Under the pieces are notes generated by a model. The model did not search any database and was not told the origin of the DNA. It saw only the letters and a list, made by a program, of their open reading frames with translations. The position numbers and the translations under genes are program-made. A stretch of DNA of 64,000 nucleotides from an uncultured Gemmatimonadales bacterium (GTDB lineage Bacteria > Gemmatimonadota > Gemmatimonadetes > Gemmatimonadales > GWC2-71-9): assembly GCA_963842945.1 (NCBI GenBank), contig CAWJIM010000023.1:456032-520031 (forward strand), given 5' to 3'. Shown piece by piece: positions 30,701-40,199 of the stretch (its first letter is position 1; each line of letters begins with the position of its first letter).

Positions 30701-32145
30701 TGATGCTGCGCCGTGCCGTTGAACACCACGTTATGCAACGGGCCGTTGAGAGTGCCCACCGCAATGACCCTGCCCGGCAGGATGACGGCCGGGGCCACCC
30801 GGCGGACGGTGCGCAGGTCGATGTCGGATTGCCTGACCTCGAAGTTGGTGAACGTCAGCCCGCTATCCGGCGAAGTGCCAACGCCGCCATCGCCGGAGAT
30901 GGTCGTCAGTGGATGCCCCGGCACCGTCGCGTCCCGGAAGGCCCATTCCAGGCTCAGGTCCAGGGCGTTCAGGAAGCCGGATCCTGCCAGCTTCCCAGTT
31001 ACTGTGCCGGCAAACGGAAGCGTGTCCAGAAAGGGCCGGGCGGCGTCCAGGTCGAGCTCGGTCAGCCGGAGATTCATGTCGCGCAGGCCGAGACCGCGGC
31101 GCTTGTCGGTGATGGTCACCAACTCGCCATCCACCTGCCCCAGCGGGCCGCGCAGATGCAGATCGCGGAGATCGTAGGCCGTCCTGGCTCCGGTCTCGGA
31201 CCGCGCGGCCAGCACGCCGCGGCCCGTCATGGCCGGGAAGCCCGGCGAGACCCAGCGGAGGTCCACGAGATTGACGTGGGGCGAGATCACCTGAAAGTCG
31301 AACAGAATGGTATCGCGGGGCCAGGTCACCGCGCCGCCGCCGGAAAACCTGGTGTCGGGCAGCGCGCCGGTACTGAAACTGAAGACGGCACTGTCGCCCC
31401 GGATCCGGATCCGGCCTACTGCGTCGCGCACGGTCACCCCCGGATCGTTCACCCGGGTGGCCAGTGAATCCAGATCTATGGTGAATGGCTGGCGGTCCGG
31501 TGTGGCAATGCGAAGTCGGGAGATCCTGGTGGCCAGGTCGGAAAGCTGGATCACCCGCCTCCGACCTTCGGGCGTGTCTTCGATCAATCGCCCGGGCTTG
31601 GCTCGCTCGGCCCGCACGGCGGAATCCACGCTGATCTCGGTGATGGCGGTCCGGGGAGGGTTCCAGGGCAACGCGATCCGAAGGGTGCCCTCCGTCATCC
31701 GGACGTTGTGGAACTCGACCAGTGGCGACTTACCCCCCTTCGAACCCTTCCCGATGCCGAGCACCTCCTCATAGTTCATGCGGCCGTTGCGGTGCTTGAT
31801 CAGCTGAATGGTCGGGCTCTCCAGCTGGATGCCGCTGAGGACCACCTGCCCGGCAATCAGATTGGGCAGCCGATAGCTCACGCGGGCCCGGGGCAGGTTG
31901 GCCAGCAGCACTCCGCTGGTATCGCGCACGATCAGGTTTTCCAGGGTGAGATCGTAGATAAAGGAGCCGGATATGGAGCCGACCTTCACCGAACCGATCA
32001 CGATCCGGTCCAACAGGCGGGAGACCGTGCGGGCCAGGAGGTCCCGTCCCGGCGGCGTAAGCGTCATCGACGTGACCACCCCGAGCACCATGGCCACGGA
32101 GCCAATGACGAACACGAAAAGGAAGCGCGCGAGCTGGCGCCGCAT
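27754..32145 (-). CDS. tamB: Translocation/assembly module TamB (AsmA-like) protein
   Basis: 1463 aa; N-terminal anchor; beta-rich repeats; C-terminal GTLYAPKVTLES...LVSYLVTG; terminal WEREF; downstream of an Omp85 gene. Confidence 0.85.
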   Translation of the reverse strand: MRRQLARFLFVFVIGSVAMVLGVVTSMTLTPPGRDLLARTVSRLLDRIVIGSVKVGSISGSFIYDLTLENLIVRDTSGVLLANLPRARVSYRLPNLIAGQVVLSGIQLESPTIQLIKHRNGRMNYEEVLGIGKGSKGGKSPLVEFHNVRMTEGTLRIALPWNPPRTAITEISVDSAVRAERAKPGRLIEDTPEGRRRVIQLSDLATRISRLRIATPDRQPFTIDLDSLATRVNDPGVTVRDAVGRIRIRGDSAVFSFSTGALPDTRFSGGGAVTWPRDTILFDFQVISPHVNLVDLRWVSPGFPAMTGRGVLAARSETGARTAYDLRDLHLRGPLGQVDGELVTITDKRRGLGLRDMNLRLTELDLDAARPFLDTLPFAGTVTGKLAGSGFLNALDLSLEWAFRDATVPGHPLTTISGDGGVGTSPDSGLTFTNFEVRQSDIDLRTVRRVAPAVILPGRVIAVGTLNGPLHNVVFNGTAQHQDEDRPASLLEGTVHLDTRFEVLGLGTDVSLDPLSFEGIRRAFPSMKSRGEVRGRFRSQGNLERLLVDAALSGQIGTIEAQGYATVRPPTWGAEGLHLSFTNLDLASLTGRRIPSRLNGELTITGRSDTLHAPEGDLRLALSSSRVREWTLDSVNATVGVHDSVIRLDTAYALWKGARVGGSGTLGWTAPHNGRMAFSLAADSLIAFDSLLLAVTGQTRGSSPDSRPLGGTAQAQVELAGSLDTLEMSGNLLVQKLEWQRIASPRVTGTFNWIGGQRPQLTASVGSDSVTADKWVLHGLGTQVSGWADSLEWRAGSGIGSDSRLDGTGRWWRHEATQVAMFDSLAFTLPVHTYRLDESFAVTLSDSAPAISPVTLRATDGSGIVQLGGRVPGNSEGSLALSILGLDLHDIYGVLQRDTAAIGGLVGLDVRLGGTAQAPTLRGTTTLNGGRFGDFQAPFVQGVVNYADRKVEANLLLWRTGENVLQIETKLPLDLAMKGAGQRRVPGPLSVHARGDSVDLGILEALTPAVNRVRGLLAVDMNVGGTWEKPEFAGGLQIRNGAMSLPGLGVRYDGLQGRARFEGGSLVIDTLSLRSGGTLTITGAVQLADFSRPELDLAFQAEAFRALDVRNFLTFTGTGRLGLRGPVFQATLGGDLAANSGVLYFADLVSKRIIDLEDPTIADLVDTTLLRSQNLSIAAKFQNRFLDSSTIQNLRVVLGSDVWLRSNEANIQLGGEVRLSKTEKTYTPSGTLDALRGSYTLHIGPITRDFTVDRGSVRYFGDLNAGLDIRATHVVRAVRGEEVPVIANISGTLYAPKVTLESTFSPPISETDLVSYLVTGYPANEAARLGQTDYLQTGLSYFSSALSSELERALIQDLGVPLDLIEIRPGVAHGRGVQSLTQLAAGWQLGSKTFLTLNAGFCPENLGQFSYNNLGASLEFRFSREWSLQTSVEPTLTSCRKDFGILSTNTYQIGSDVKWEREF

Positions 32146-34271
32146 CAGAAGGGTTGCCCCACCGCGATATGAATCGTGTACTTGTGGTCGCGAGGCAGCA
32201 CGTAGGCGCCTTGGCCAGGGACAGGGGTGAGATTGCCCGAGGAATCCGCCTGGAACAGCGTGCCCGGCTGGAGCTGATAGGGGTTGTACGCCACGTCGAG
32301 ACGCGCGGGTCCCAGTGGGGTGGCAATGCGGATGCCGACTCCCGGTGTTAACCGGAGCTTCCGCTCGGAAGGCGGGCCCTCCCGCTGCCAGACCATTCCG
32401 GCATCGACAAAGCCCGCAAATCTCAGCCGCGAGCTGAAGATGGGTGAAGGCAGCCGAACCTCGACGTTACCCAGGGCAAAGGTATTTCCCCCGGTGGCCG
32501 CCACGCTAACCGAGTCGGCGACAATGGTATCTCCGCGAATCCCCGCAACCGGCACCACATAGACCACCGGCCCCAGCTCATTACGCTGGTATCCCCGAAC
32601 GTCGTTAGGCCCTCCGGCATAGAACCGCTGGTCCGGTGGAATGAACGCCCCGGAAACGTTGCCCACCTCGAGGGTGGGTGAGAAGATGAGCCCGCCTCTG
32701 ACCCGCCAGCTCAGCACGGCATCACGAGAGAGGGGGCGGTACCAGGACATTCCGCCCGCAATCCGGGTGAACTGCTGTGAGCTGGACGAGCCGATGTACT
32801 TGGAGCTGTAGGTGACCTCCACCGATCCGATGCGTCCGCGAGAAGGATCGATCGGGCTGTTGATCCGCGGAAAGGTCGCCAGCGCGGTCAGCGTGGCGAG
32901 AGGCAGGCTCTTCCGCAGGGGTTCCACCACGTCGGCGGTGCAGGCGCCGAACACCCCGCAAAAGCTGAGCGCACTCGCCTCGGTTCTTCCGTAGGAGATG
33001 GTATAGGTAAGCGAGAGCGGATTCCGCCGCCGCGGGGTGGTGCGGGTGAGCGCCACACTGGCGCCGGTTTCCTGCCGCAGGTACACCTTGTACTCCGATC
33101 GGCGCTCGGCGAACAGCGAAACGGTGATGGCGTTGTTGGGCGAGAGAAATGCCGGCCGTCGGATCGAGGCCCCCAGGTAATAGTTCACCTTCGCCGACCC
33201 CACCTAATCCTCGCGCGATGTCCGGCAGATGTTCTGGTCGAGGCCCCAGTCCACGGGATCGCCCACTCCTACCTTCGAGACCCGGGTGGTCAGATCGAGA
33301 ATGCGGCCGGCGCCCAGGAAATCACGAGTGGTCCATCCGAGCGAGCCGCGGAAGCAGTCATAGGTTGCATAACCCATTCCACTCTGAACTCGGTGCGGTT
33401 TGCTCTCGTTCACCTGCACCACCAGAGGAACTGTAGAATCCCCCGGATGGTAGGATGCCGAGTCGATATTCACCGTGGCAAAGCGGAACAGGTCGGATTC
33501 GTAGAGATTCCGCTGGCTTTCGAACAGCTCCTCCTGGGAGTAGCGCCGGCCGCTGCGGGCGACCAGGAGCTGCCGGACTACGGCGGTGTCGACTCGCTTC
33601 GTTCCGATGACCTCGACCCGTCCGATGACCGCTCGGGTACCCGGTTCCGCGTCCAGTGTTACCGACGCGGTCTTGGCCTGCCGGTTCGACTCAAAGGCGG
33701 TGAATACCGCGGCGGCCGGATAGCCACGGTCTCGGAGTCGCCGGATCACCGAATCGGCGCTGGCCTGCATATCGAAACGGTTGAACGGATCGCCCACCTG
33801 GAGTGGGAGGTCGAGCAGCACGGAGCGACGCAGCCTGGGCGGCAGCGAATCCAGGCCGTTTGTGGTCATGCTGGTGACCCGGATAGGATCGCCCTCGGTG
33901 ACCCGGAAGGTGATGTGCACATCCTCCGGCGTCCGACGCACCAGCGTATCCACCACCACATCGGGGTAGCCGCTCCGCTTGTATAGCACGCCCAGCCGGA
34001 CGACGTCCCGCCGGAACTCTTCCTCATCGAAGAACCGCTTGGTCCCCAGGAATCCGAACGAGCGGAAAAGGAAGGCGCGGGCAAACCAGCTGGAATTGGT
34101 CGTGACGATTGCGGCGGCCAGAATCTCATCACTGATCGCCTGATTCCCCTCGAAGCTGAGTTGTCGAATTACCCGCTGCATCGGCTGCTGAGCCAGAACC
34201 GCAGAGGTCCAGCCGAGCGTCGCCACCAGGCCGAGCAGAAAACCCACCCGCCGAAACGGGACTTTGATCAC
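32145..34271 (-). CDS. tamA: BamA/TamA (Omp85) outer-membrane protein, interrupted by an in-frame TAG at 33204-33206
   Basis: Signal peptide, POTRA repeats (FEGNQAISD, LRDRGY), RFYAGGPNDVRGY, GIRIATPLGPARLD, terminal GQPF. Confidence 0.85.
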
Positions 34272-34386
34272 CGGCACTGAAGCGAACAGTGGGTGACGAG
34301 GCGCTGGTGATGCGATCGATGCGACGAGAGGGGAATGCCGCACTCCTGGACGAGGGTTCTCGACCTGTGGGCCCATCAAGACCAGA

Positions 34387-34439
34387 TTGACGGCATGGCG
34401 TAAGCCCGGTAGTTTGACCACCTTACGTTGCAGTGTCAA
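34387..34439. promoter_or_regulatory. Candidate bidirectional sigma70 promoter with overlapping -10 elements
   Basis: + strand TTGACG-17-TAGTTT; - strand TTGACA-17-CAAACT. Confidence 0.5.
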
Positions 34440-34530
34440 CGTTGGTGAATCGGCGGCGTCCCCTTGCTCCGCCGCTGAGTTGTTTGCGCTTGTCGCTCCC
34501 ATCTGTCGCGAGGGGTCCGTCCGACTCACC

Positions 34531-36063
34531 ATGCGCCGATTCCTGCTCTCCACCCTTCTGGTCCTGCCGGCCTGTGCCGACCAGGGGGGCGGAAAAACCC
34601 TCGACTACTATTTCAGCTACGATCCCCGATCGCTGGATCCCGCCCTCTCCACCGACGTACCTACCGGAGAGGTCGTTTCGCTCCTCTTCGACAACCTGAC
34701 ACAGTTCGATGCCGATGCACGGTTGAAACCGGGACTGGCGCGTGACTGGGAAGCCAGTGCCGATGGACGGGTGTACACCTTTCATCTTCGGACCAACGCC
34801 AGCTTTCATGATGGCCGTCCCGTCCGTGCCGCCGATGTCAGGGCTTCGCTGCTCCGGGCGCTCGCGCCGGGCACCACCGGGGGGCGCAGCTGGCCGCTCT
34901 ATCCCATTCGAGGGGCCCGGGCCTATGCCGCCGGCCAGGGCAAAGAGGTCAACGGAATCGCCACGCCCGACGACTCTACCATCGTCCTGACACTGGAAGA
35001 GCCGCTCAACGTATTTCCCAAGCTGCTCGCCATGCCGGTAGCAGCAGTCGTGCCGAGCCCCACACCGAAGGACTTCGATCAGAAACCGACCGGAAGTGGT
35101 CCCTGGAAGTTCGTCTCCTGGTCCCATGATGACGCGATCGTGCTGGCCCGGAACGAGACCTACTGGGGAGGCGCGCCCCGGTCCGACAGCCTGCGCATTC
35201 GGATCATCCCTGAGCCTCTGACCCAGGCTGCCGAATACGAGTCGGGCCACCTGAGCGTCGTCGAGGTGCCCATCGGGGAGACCCGGCGCTGGGAGCAAGC
35301 CCACGACCAGGAGCTGCAGCGACGCCCCGTGATCCGGGAGTACTACGTCGCGATCAATACCACTCGAGGCCCCCTCCAGGATCCCCGGGTACGTCGCGCG
35401 CTCAATCACGCGGTCGATGTACCCACGCTGCTCAGCACCCTGTTCATGAATCGGGGTGTGCGGTCCGCCGGCTCGCTGCCTCCAGGCATTGCGGGCTACG
35501 ACTCCACCCGTTCTCCCTACGCCTACGATCCCGCCGAAGCCAAGCGGCTCTTGAAGGAAGCGGGCTACCCCACCGGCTTTGCTCTGAAGCTCTGGCGCAC
35601 CCAACGGGCGGAGCTCGCTCGGCTGGCTCAGTCGATTCAGCAGAACCTGGCGGAGGTCGGCATCCGGGCCGAGATCGTGGAGCGCGACGCCTCCAGCGCG
35701 AGAGAAGCCGTGCGCCATGGCGAAGCCGACCTTTTCCTCACCGACTGGTGGGCCGACTATCCCGACCCCGAAAACTTCAACTACCCGCTCTTCCACTCCC
35801 GTAACAAGGGACCGGGGGGAAACTACGCCTTTTTAACCGATCCGACCCTCGATTCCATGATCACCCGGGCGCGCGCCACGACCGATAGTGCGGAGAACGT
35901 CCGGCTGGCCCACGCCATCGACGCGCGAGTCTTCGATCTGGCGCCCTGGATTTTTCTTTGGTTTCCGGTCGATATCTGGGCCATGCAGCCGGACGTACGA
36001 GGCTGGCAGCTTCCCCTGGTCTTCACCGGGCAACGCTGGATGGAGGCAGAGCGAGCCCGGTGA
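34531..36063 (+). CDS. Peptide/nickel ABC transporter substrate-binding lipoprotein (OppA/DppA family)
   Basis: Lipobox LPAC, SLDP, YTFHLR...FHDG, GSGPW, DPRVRRAL, YDPAEAKRLL. Confidence 0.92.
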   Translation: MRRFLLSTLLVLPACADQGGGKTLDYYFSYDPRSLDPALSTDVPTGEVVSLLFDNLTQFDADARLKPGLARDWEASADGRVYTFHLRTNASFHDGRPVRAADVRASLLRALAPGTTGGRSWPLYPIRGARAYAAGQGKEVNGIATPDDSTIVLTLEEPLNVFPKLLAMPVAAVVPSPTPKDFDQKPTGSGPWKFVSWSHDDAIVLARNETYWGGAPRSDSLRIRIIPEPLTQAAEYESGHLSVVEVPIGETRRWEQAHDQELQRRPVIREYYVAINTTRGPLQDPRVRRALNHAVDVPTLLSTLFMNRGVRSAGSLPPGIAGYDSTRSPYAYDPAEAKRLLKEAGYPTGFALKLWRTQRAELARLAQSIQQNLAEVGIRAEIVERDASSAREAVRHGEADLFLTDWWADYPDPENFNYPLFHSRNKGPGGNYAFLTDPTLDSMITRARATTDSAENVRLAHAIDARVFDLAPWIFLWFPVDIWAMQPDVRGWQLPLVFTGQRWMEAERAR

Positions 36064-36980
36064 GTCGCTTCCTGCTGCAGCGCCTGCTCTTCCTGATACC
36101 AACTCTGCTCGGCGTTCTGATCGTCACCTTCCTGCTGCTGTACGTGGCGCCGGGTGATCCGGTACAAGCCATGGTTGGCGAGCGCGCCGACCCGGAGACG
36201 CTCGCCCGCTTGCGAGCCGAGTTGCACCTCGATGATCCTCTGCCGGAGCAGTTCGCGCATTATCTGGGCGGCGTGCTCCGCGGGGACCTGGGCACCAGCT
36301 ACATCACCCGCCGTCCCATCCTGCGCGATCTGCTCCAGCGCTTTCCGGCAACTCTTCGCCTAGCCGGAGCGGCCATGCTGTTTGCGGCTGTGACCGGAAT
36401 CAGCATCGGTATATTCGGCGCCTGGAGACCGGGCACCCTGCTCGACCGGTTGGCTGCCCTCGGTGCGTATCTGGGCATCTCCTTTCCGGTCTACTGGGTC
36501 GGACTGATTCTGATTCTGATCTTTGCGGTAAATCTCCGATGGTTGCCGCCGTCGGGCTCGGGGGGTCTGGTCTATCTGATACTGCCGGCGTTGACACTGG
36601 GGATGCGCTCGGTTGCATTTCTGTCGCGGATGACGCGCGCGGCCATGCAGGAGGTCCTCCAGAGCGATTTCGTGCGCACGGCACGTGCCAAGGGTCTGCA
36701 GGAGGCCCGGGTAGTGCTGTCCCACGGCTTCCGCAACGCGCTGCTTCCGGTGCTCACCGTTCTGGGACTCGACTTCGGCAGCTATCTCACCGGCTCCATT
36801 CTGACGGAGACCATCTTCTCCTGGCCCGGAGTGGGTCGCTACGTTCTGACGGCCATCGACAAGCGCGACTTACCTGCGGTTCAGGGAAGCATTCTCTTCC
36901 TCAGCCTGGTCTTCGTTCTGGTAAACCTGATCACCGACCTGCTCTATGCTCGAGTGGATCCGCGGGTGGCGTATGATTAG
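36060..36980 (+). CDS. Peptide ABC transporter permease (OppB/DppB)
   Basis: PGDP, GDLGTS, DFVRTARAKGL, ETIFSWPGVG, DLLYARVDPR. Confidence 0.93.
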   Translation: MSRFLLQRLLFLIPTLLGVLIVTFLLLYVAPGDPVQAMVGERADPETLARLRAELHLDDPLPEQFAHYLGGVLRGDLGTSYITRRPILRDLLQRFPATLRLAGAAMLFAAVTGISIGIFGAWRPGTLLDRLAALGAYLGISFPVYWVGLILILIFAVNLRWLPPSGSGGLVYLILPALTLGMRSVAFLSRMTRAAMQEVLQSDFVRTARAKGLQEARVVLSHGFRNALLPVLTVLGLDFGSYLTGSILTETIFSWPGVGRYVLTAIDKRDLPAVQGSILFLSLVFVLVNLITDLLYARVDPRVAYD

Positions 36981-38469
36981 GCTGCTCTGTCTCCTGACCG
37001 CTTTCCTTGCCGTCTTTCCCCTCCATCCCGCCCTTGCGCAGGCCGACTTCGGCCGGCGCATTGACGCCCGCCTGAATACGCTGCCCTTCAACCGGCAGCT
37101 TTGGGGGATCGCTCTGGTCGATCAGAGTGGCCGGCTGGTCTACGGCCGCAACGAGAGCCGGCTGTTCATTCCGGCGAGCAACACCAAGCTCATCGTGGGC
37201 GCGGTTGCCTCGGCCTTGCTTCCCCCGGATTGGCGGGTCAAGACCAGCGTGTACGGCGGCCCGGTGGTGGGCGGGGTGCTGCAGGGAGATTTGGTGCTCT
37301 ACGGCCGGGGCGACCCTACTATGGACAAGCGCTGTTACGCCGCGGACAGCACCCTGGCCGGGGTGTGCGACGTGGATCCCTTTGTCCGGGTGCGGCAGCT
37401 GGCGGAGGGACTTCGGGCCAAAGGCGTTCGTGTCGTGTCGGGCGACGTGGTGGGCGACGGCAGCTATTTCGAGCGCACTCTGGTGCATCCGAACTGGGAG
37501 GCTTTCGATCTCAACTGGTGGTATGCGGCCCCGGTATCGGGGTTGGGGTTCCATGACAACAGCATCGATTTCGACTGGCAGCCGGGACCGGCGGTGGGAG
37601 CGCCGGCCGTCATTGCGATCACGCCGGATCTGGGCGATGTCGGATTCGAGAACCGAACGCTGACCGTAGCTCCGGGCGGCGAATCGGATATAGGCGATCG
37701 CTTCTTTCGGCAACCGGGAACGCTGCAGATCTGGGCCGAAGGCACTGTGGCGCTGGACAACCCCCGCCGCACCGAGTCTTTTGCCGTGCCTGATCCCAAC
37801 CTCTATGCCGCGCGCGCGCTGCGACAGGCCCTGGCCGATGCCGGAATCGCGGTTACCGGCACCACTCGTTCCACGACCGATTCGCTGCTGTATGTGCGCC
37901 TCAGGGCTTCTGCTCCCCTCGCTGAGGTGCAGTCCCGCCCGCTTCGCGACTGGATCTTTCCGATCCTGAACACCAGTCAGAACTGGTTTGCCGAGATGCT
38001 GTTGAAGCAGCTCGGCAGGCAATTCGGCAAGGCGGGATCGTGGCCGGAAGGGCTTGCGGTGGAACGCCGGTTTCTCATCGACTCGGTCCGGATTGATTCT
38101 ACCCAGTTTTCGCTGAGTGACGGGTCAGGTCTCTCCAGCAGCAACCTGGTAAGCCCCCTGGCCTTCACTCAGCTACTTCGGTTCATCCGAGCTCATCCGC
38201 GGTCCGCAACCTTTGCCGCCGCTTTGCCCATAGCCGGTCTGCCCGGCTCACTCCGCACCCGTTTTCTGGGCACTCCGCTCAACGGCCGGGTGCGCGCGAA
38301 GACCGGCAGCATTGCCCGGGTCCAGTCGCTTTCCGGCTACATCGAGCTGGGTGGCGGGAAGGCCCTGACTTTTTCGGTTGAGGCCAACCACCACGCGGAG
38401 AGCAGCAGGATCATGCTCAACGCGATCGACAGCGTGGTGGTCGAGCTGGGAAAGAGCGGAAACCGGTAA
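36973..38469 (+). CDS. dacB: D-alanyl-D-alanine carboxypeptidase/endopeptidase (peptidase S13, PBP4)
   Basis: PASNTK (SxxK), G.GDPT, SQN, DGSGLS, KTG. Confidence 0.9.
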   Translation: MIRLLCLLTAFLAVFPLHPALAQADFGRRIDARLNTLPFNRQLWGIALVDQSGRLVYGRNESRLFIPASNTKLIVGAVASALLPPDWRVKTSVYGGPVVGGVLQGDLVLYGRGDPTMDKRCYAADSTLAGVCDVDPFVRVRQLAEGLRAKGVRVVSGDVVGDGSYFERTLVHPNWEAFDLNWWYAAPVSGLGFHDNSIDFDWQPGPAVGAPAVIAITPDLGDVGFENRTLTVAPGGESDIGDRFFRQPGTLQIWAEGTVALDNPRRTESFAVPDPNLYAARALRQALADAGIAVTGTTRSTTDSLLYVRLRASAPLAEVQSRPLRDWIFPILNTSQNWFAEMLLKQLGRQFGKAGSWPEGLAVERRFLIDSVRIDSTQFSLSDGSGLSSSNLVSPLAFTQLLRFIRAHPRSATFAAALPIAGLPGSLRTRFLGTPLNGRVRAKTGSIARVQSLSGYIELGGGKALTFSVEANHHAESSRIMLNAIDSVVVELGKSGNR

Positions 38470-38488
38470 GCGGTGCTGTGGTTGTCGA

Positions 38489-39521
38489 TTAATCGTCTTT
38501 CTGGCCGAAGATCGCCATGTTGGACGAGTGGCCCGGATTGACCTTGGTCTTGGGGTTGATCCGATGCACCGCATTGTTCACCGCGACGCACGCCTCGGCC
38601 GCTCCAGTGGCTATCAGCTTGAGCTTCCCCCGATAGCTGGTAATGTCGCCGGCAGCGTAAATGCCGGGAACGTTGGTCTCCATTACCTGATCCACCTTGA
38701 TATCCGCCTTCTCGGTCTCGAGTCCCCATTCCTTGATTGCTCCGAGATCCGAGTGGAAGCCGAGCAGGGGAATGACGGCATCGAACTCAAGGGTTTCGTT
38801 CCTCTTTGGTTTTGTTATTGAAGATGGTGACCCGCTCGACCTTACCGTTTCCGTGAAGCGCCTTGACCTCCCAACAGGTCCGAAGATCGCACCTGCCCAG
38901 ACCCTGCAGCTCCTGCACCTGATTGATGGTGGCCTGATGGGCCCTGAAGCCCTCACGGCGGTGAATCAGCGTGATTGACTTGGCTACCCCCTGAAGGTTG
39001 ACCGCCCAGTCAAAAGCTGAATCGCCCCCGCCGACCAGGAGCACCCGTTTCCCGGTGAACTGCTTGGGATCGAGCACCTTGAAGTACAGTCCCTTCTCCT
39101 CGTAGCGATCTTCTCCTTCGATGCCCAGCTTCCGGGCCTCGAAGGCACCGATCCCCGCGGCGATAATGATGGTCCGCGACGGATAGTCGGCTTCGGAGGT
39201 CTCCAGCACGAAATGCCCGCCGCCATTGCCGTCTTCCCCTTTGCGCAGGCCGGTAACGATCTCGCCCAAATGGGTGGTCGCACCGAACTGGAGCCCCTGC
39301 GCGGCCATGTCTCGCACCAGGTCCTTGGCCAGCACCTTGGGAAAGCCGGCGACATCGAAGATGTATTTCTCCGGGTAAAGCGCCATGAGCTGCCCGCCCA
39401 GCGCCGGCAAGGCGTCGATGATTCTGGCGGAGGCGCCCCGCATCCCGGCGTAAAAGGCCGCAAACAGACCTGTGGGTCCTCCGCCGATGATGGAGATGTC
39501 TCTCAACTCATGCTCGACCAC
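38489..39521 (-). CDS. Thioredoxin-reductase-like ferredoxin-NADP(+) reductase; frameshift near 38797
   Basis: IIGGGPTG, GGQLMALYPEKYIFDVAGF, GGGDSAFDWA, GIYAAGDI, GKLKLI, PGHSS; no CxxC. Confidence 0.88.
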
Positions 39522-39634
39522 GATCGCTCCTCATGAGGTATTTGTCGTCGGTAGCCTTGAAGCTTAAGCCCTTTCGCGTTGCGATGGGACCCGGCACATT
39601 GGTCCGCCATGAGCATGCGCGTTGGCTGGCACCA

Positions 39635-40180
39635 GTGAAGATTTACACTCGCACCGGGGATGAGGGGGACACCGGCCTGTTTGGGGGTGGCCGGGTACCG
39701 AAGGACCATCCCCGCGTATCGGCCTATGGCGATGTGGACGAGCTGAATTCCACGCTCGGCCTGGCGCGTGCGGCTGCGGATCAGAACTTCTTCGACGAGC
39801 TGCTCGAGTCGATTCAGCGTGATCTGTTCTCCATCGGCGGTCATCTTGCCACACCCGATCCGGAGCGGGTGAGGAAGGCACTGGAGAAGGCGTCGCTCTC
39901 GCCGGCCCGAATCAGCGAGTTCGAGCAGTTCATGGACCAGGCGGAGAAGACGCTCCCTCCTCTCCGGGCTTTCGTCCTGCCGGCCGGAACCGGAATTGCT
40001 GCAGCACTGCACCTCGCCCGCACCGTTTGCCGCCGAGCCGAGCGAAGCGTCGTCCACCTGGCGCACACCGAACCGGTGCCCGAGCTGTTCCTGATCTATC
40101 TCAACAGATTGTCGGACCTGCTGTTCACCCTGGCCCGGCTGGCAAACCGCCGGGACGGAGTGGCGGACTCCACCTGGTAG
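39635..40180 (+). CDS. PduO-type ATP:cob(I)alamin adenosyltransferase
   Basis: KIYTRTGDEGDT, YGDVDELNS, ARTVCRRAER, YLNRLSD. Confidence 0.93.
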   Translation: MKIYTRTGDEGDTGLFGGGRVPKDHPRVSAYGDVDELNSTLGLARAAADQNFFDELLESIQRDLFSIGGHLATPDPERVRKALEKASLSPARISEFEQFMDQAEKTLPPLRAFVLPAGTGIAAALHLARTVCRRAERSVVHLAHTEPVPELFLIYLNRLSDLLFTLARLANRRDGVADSTW

Positions 40181-40199
40181 ACCGTTCACCGGAGCTCAG

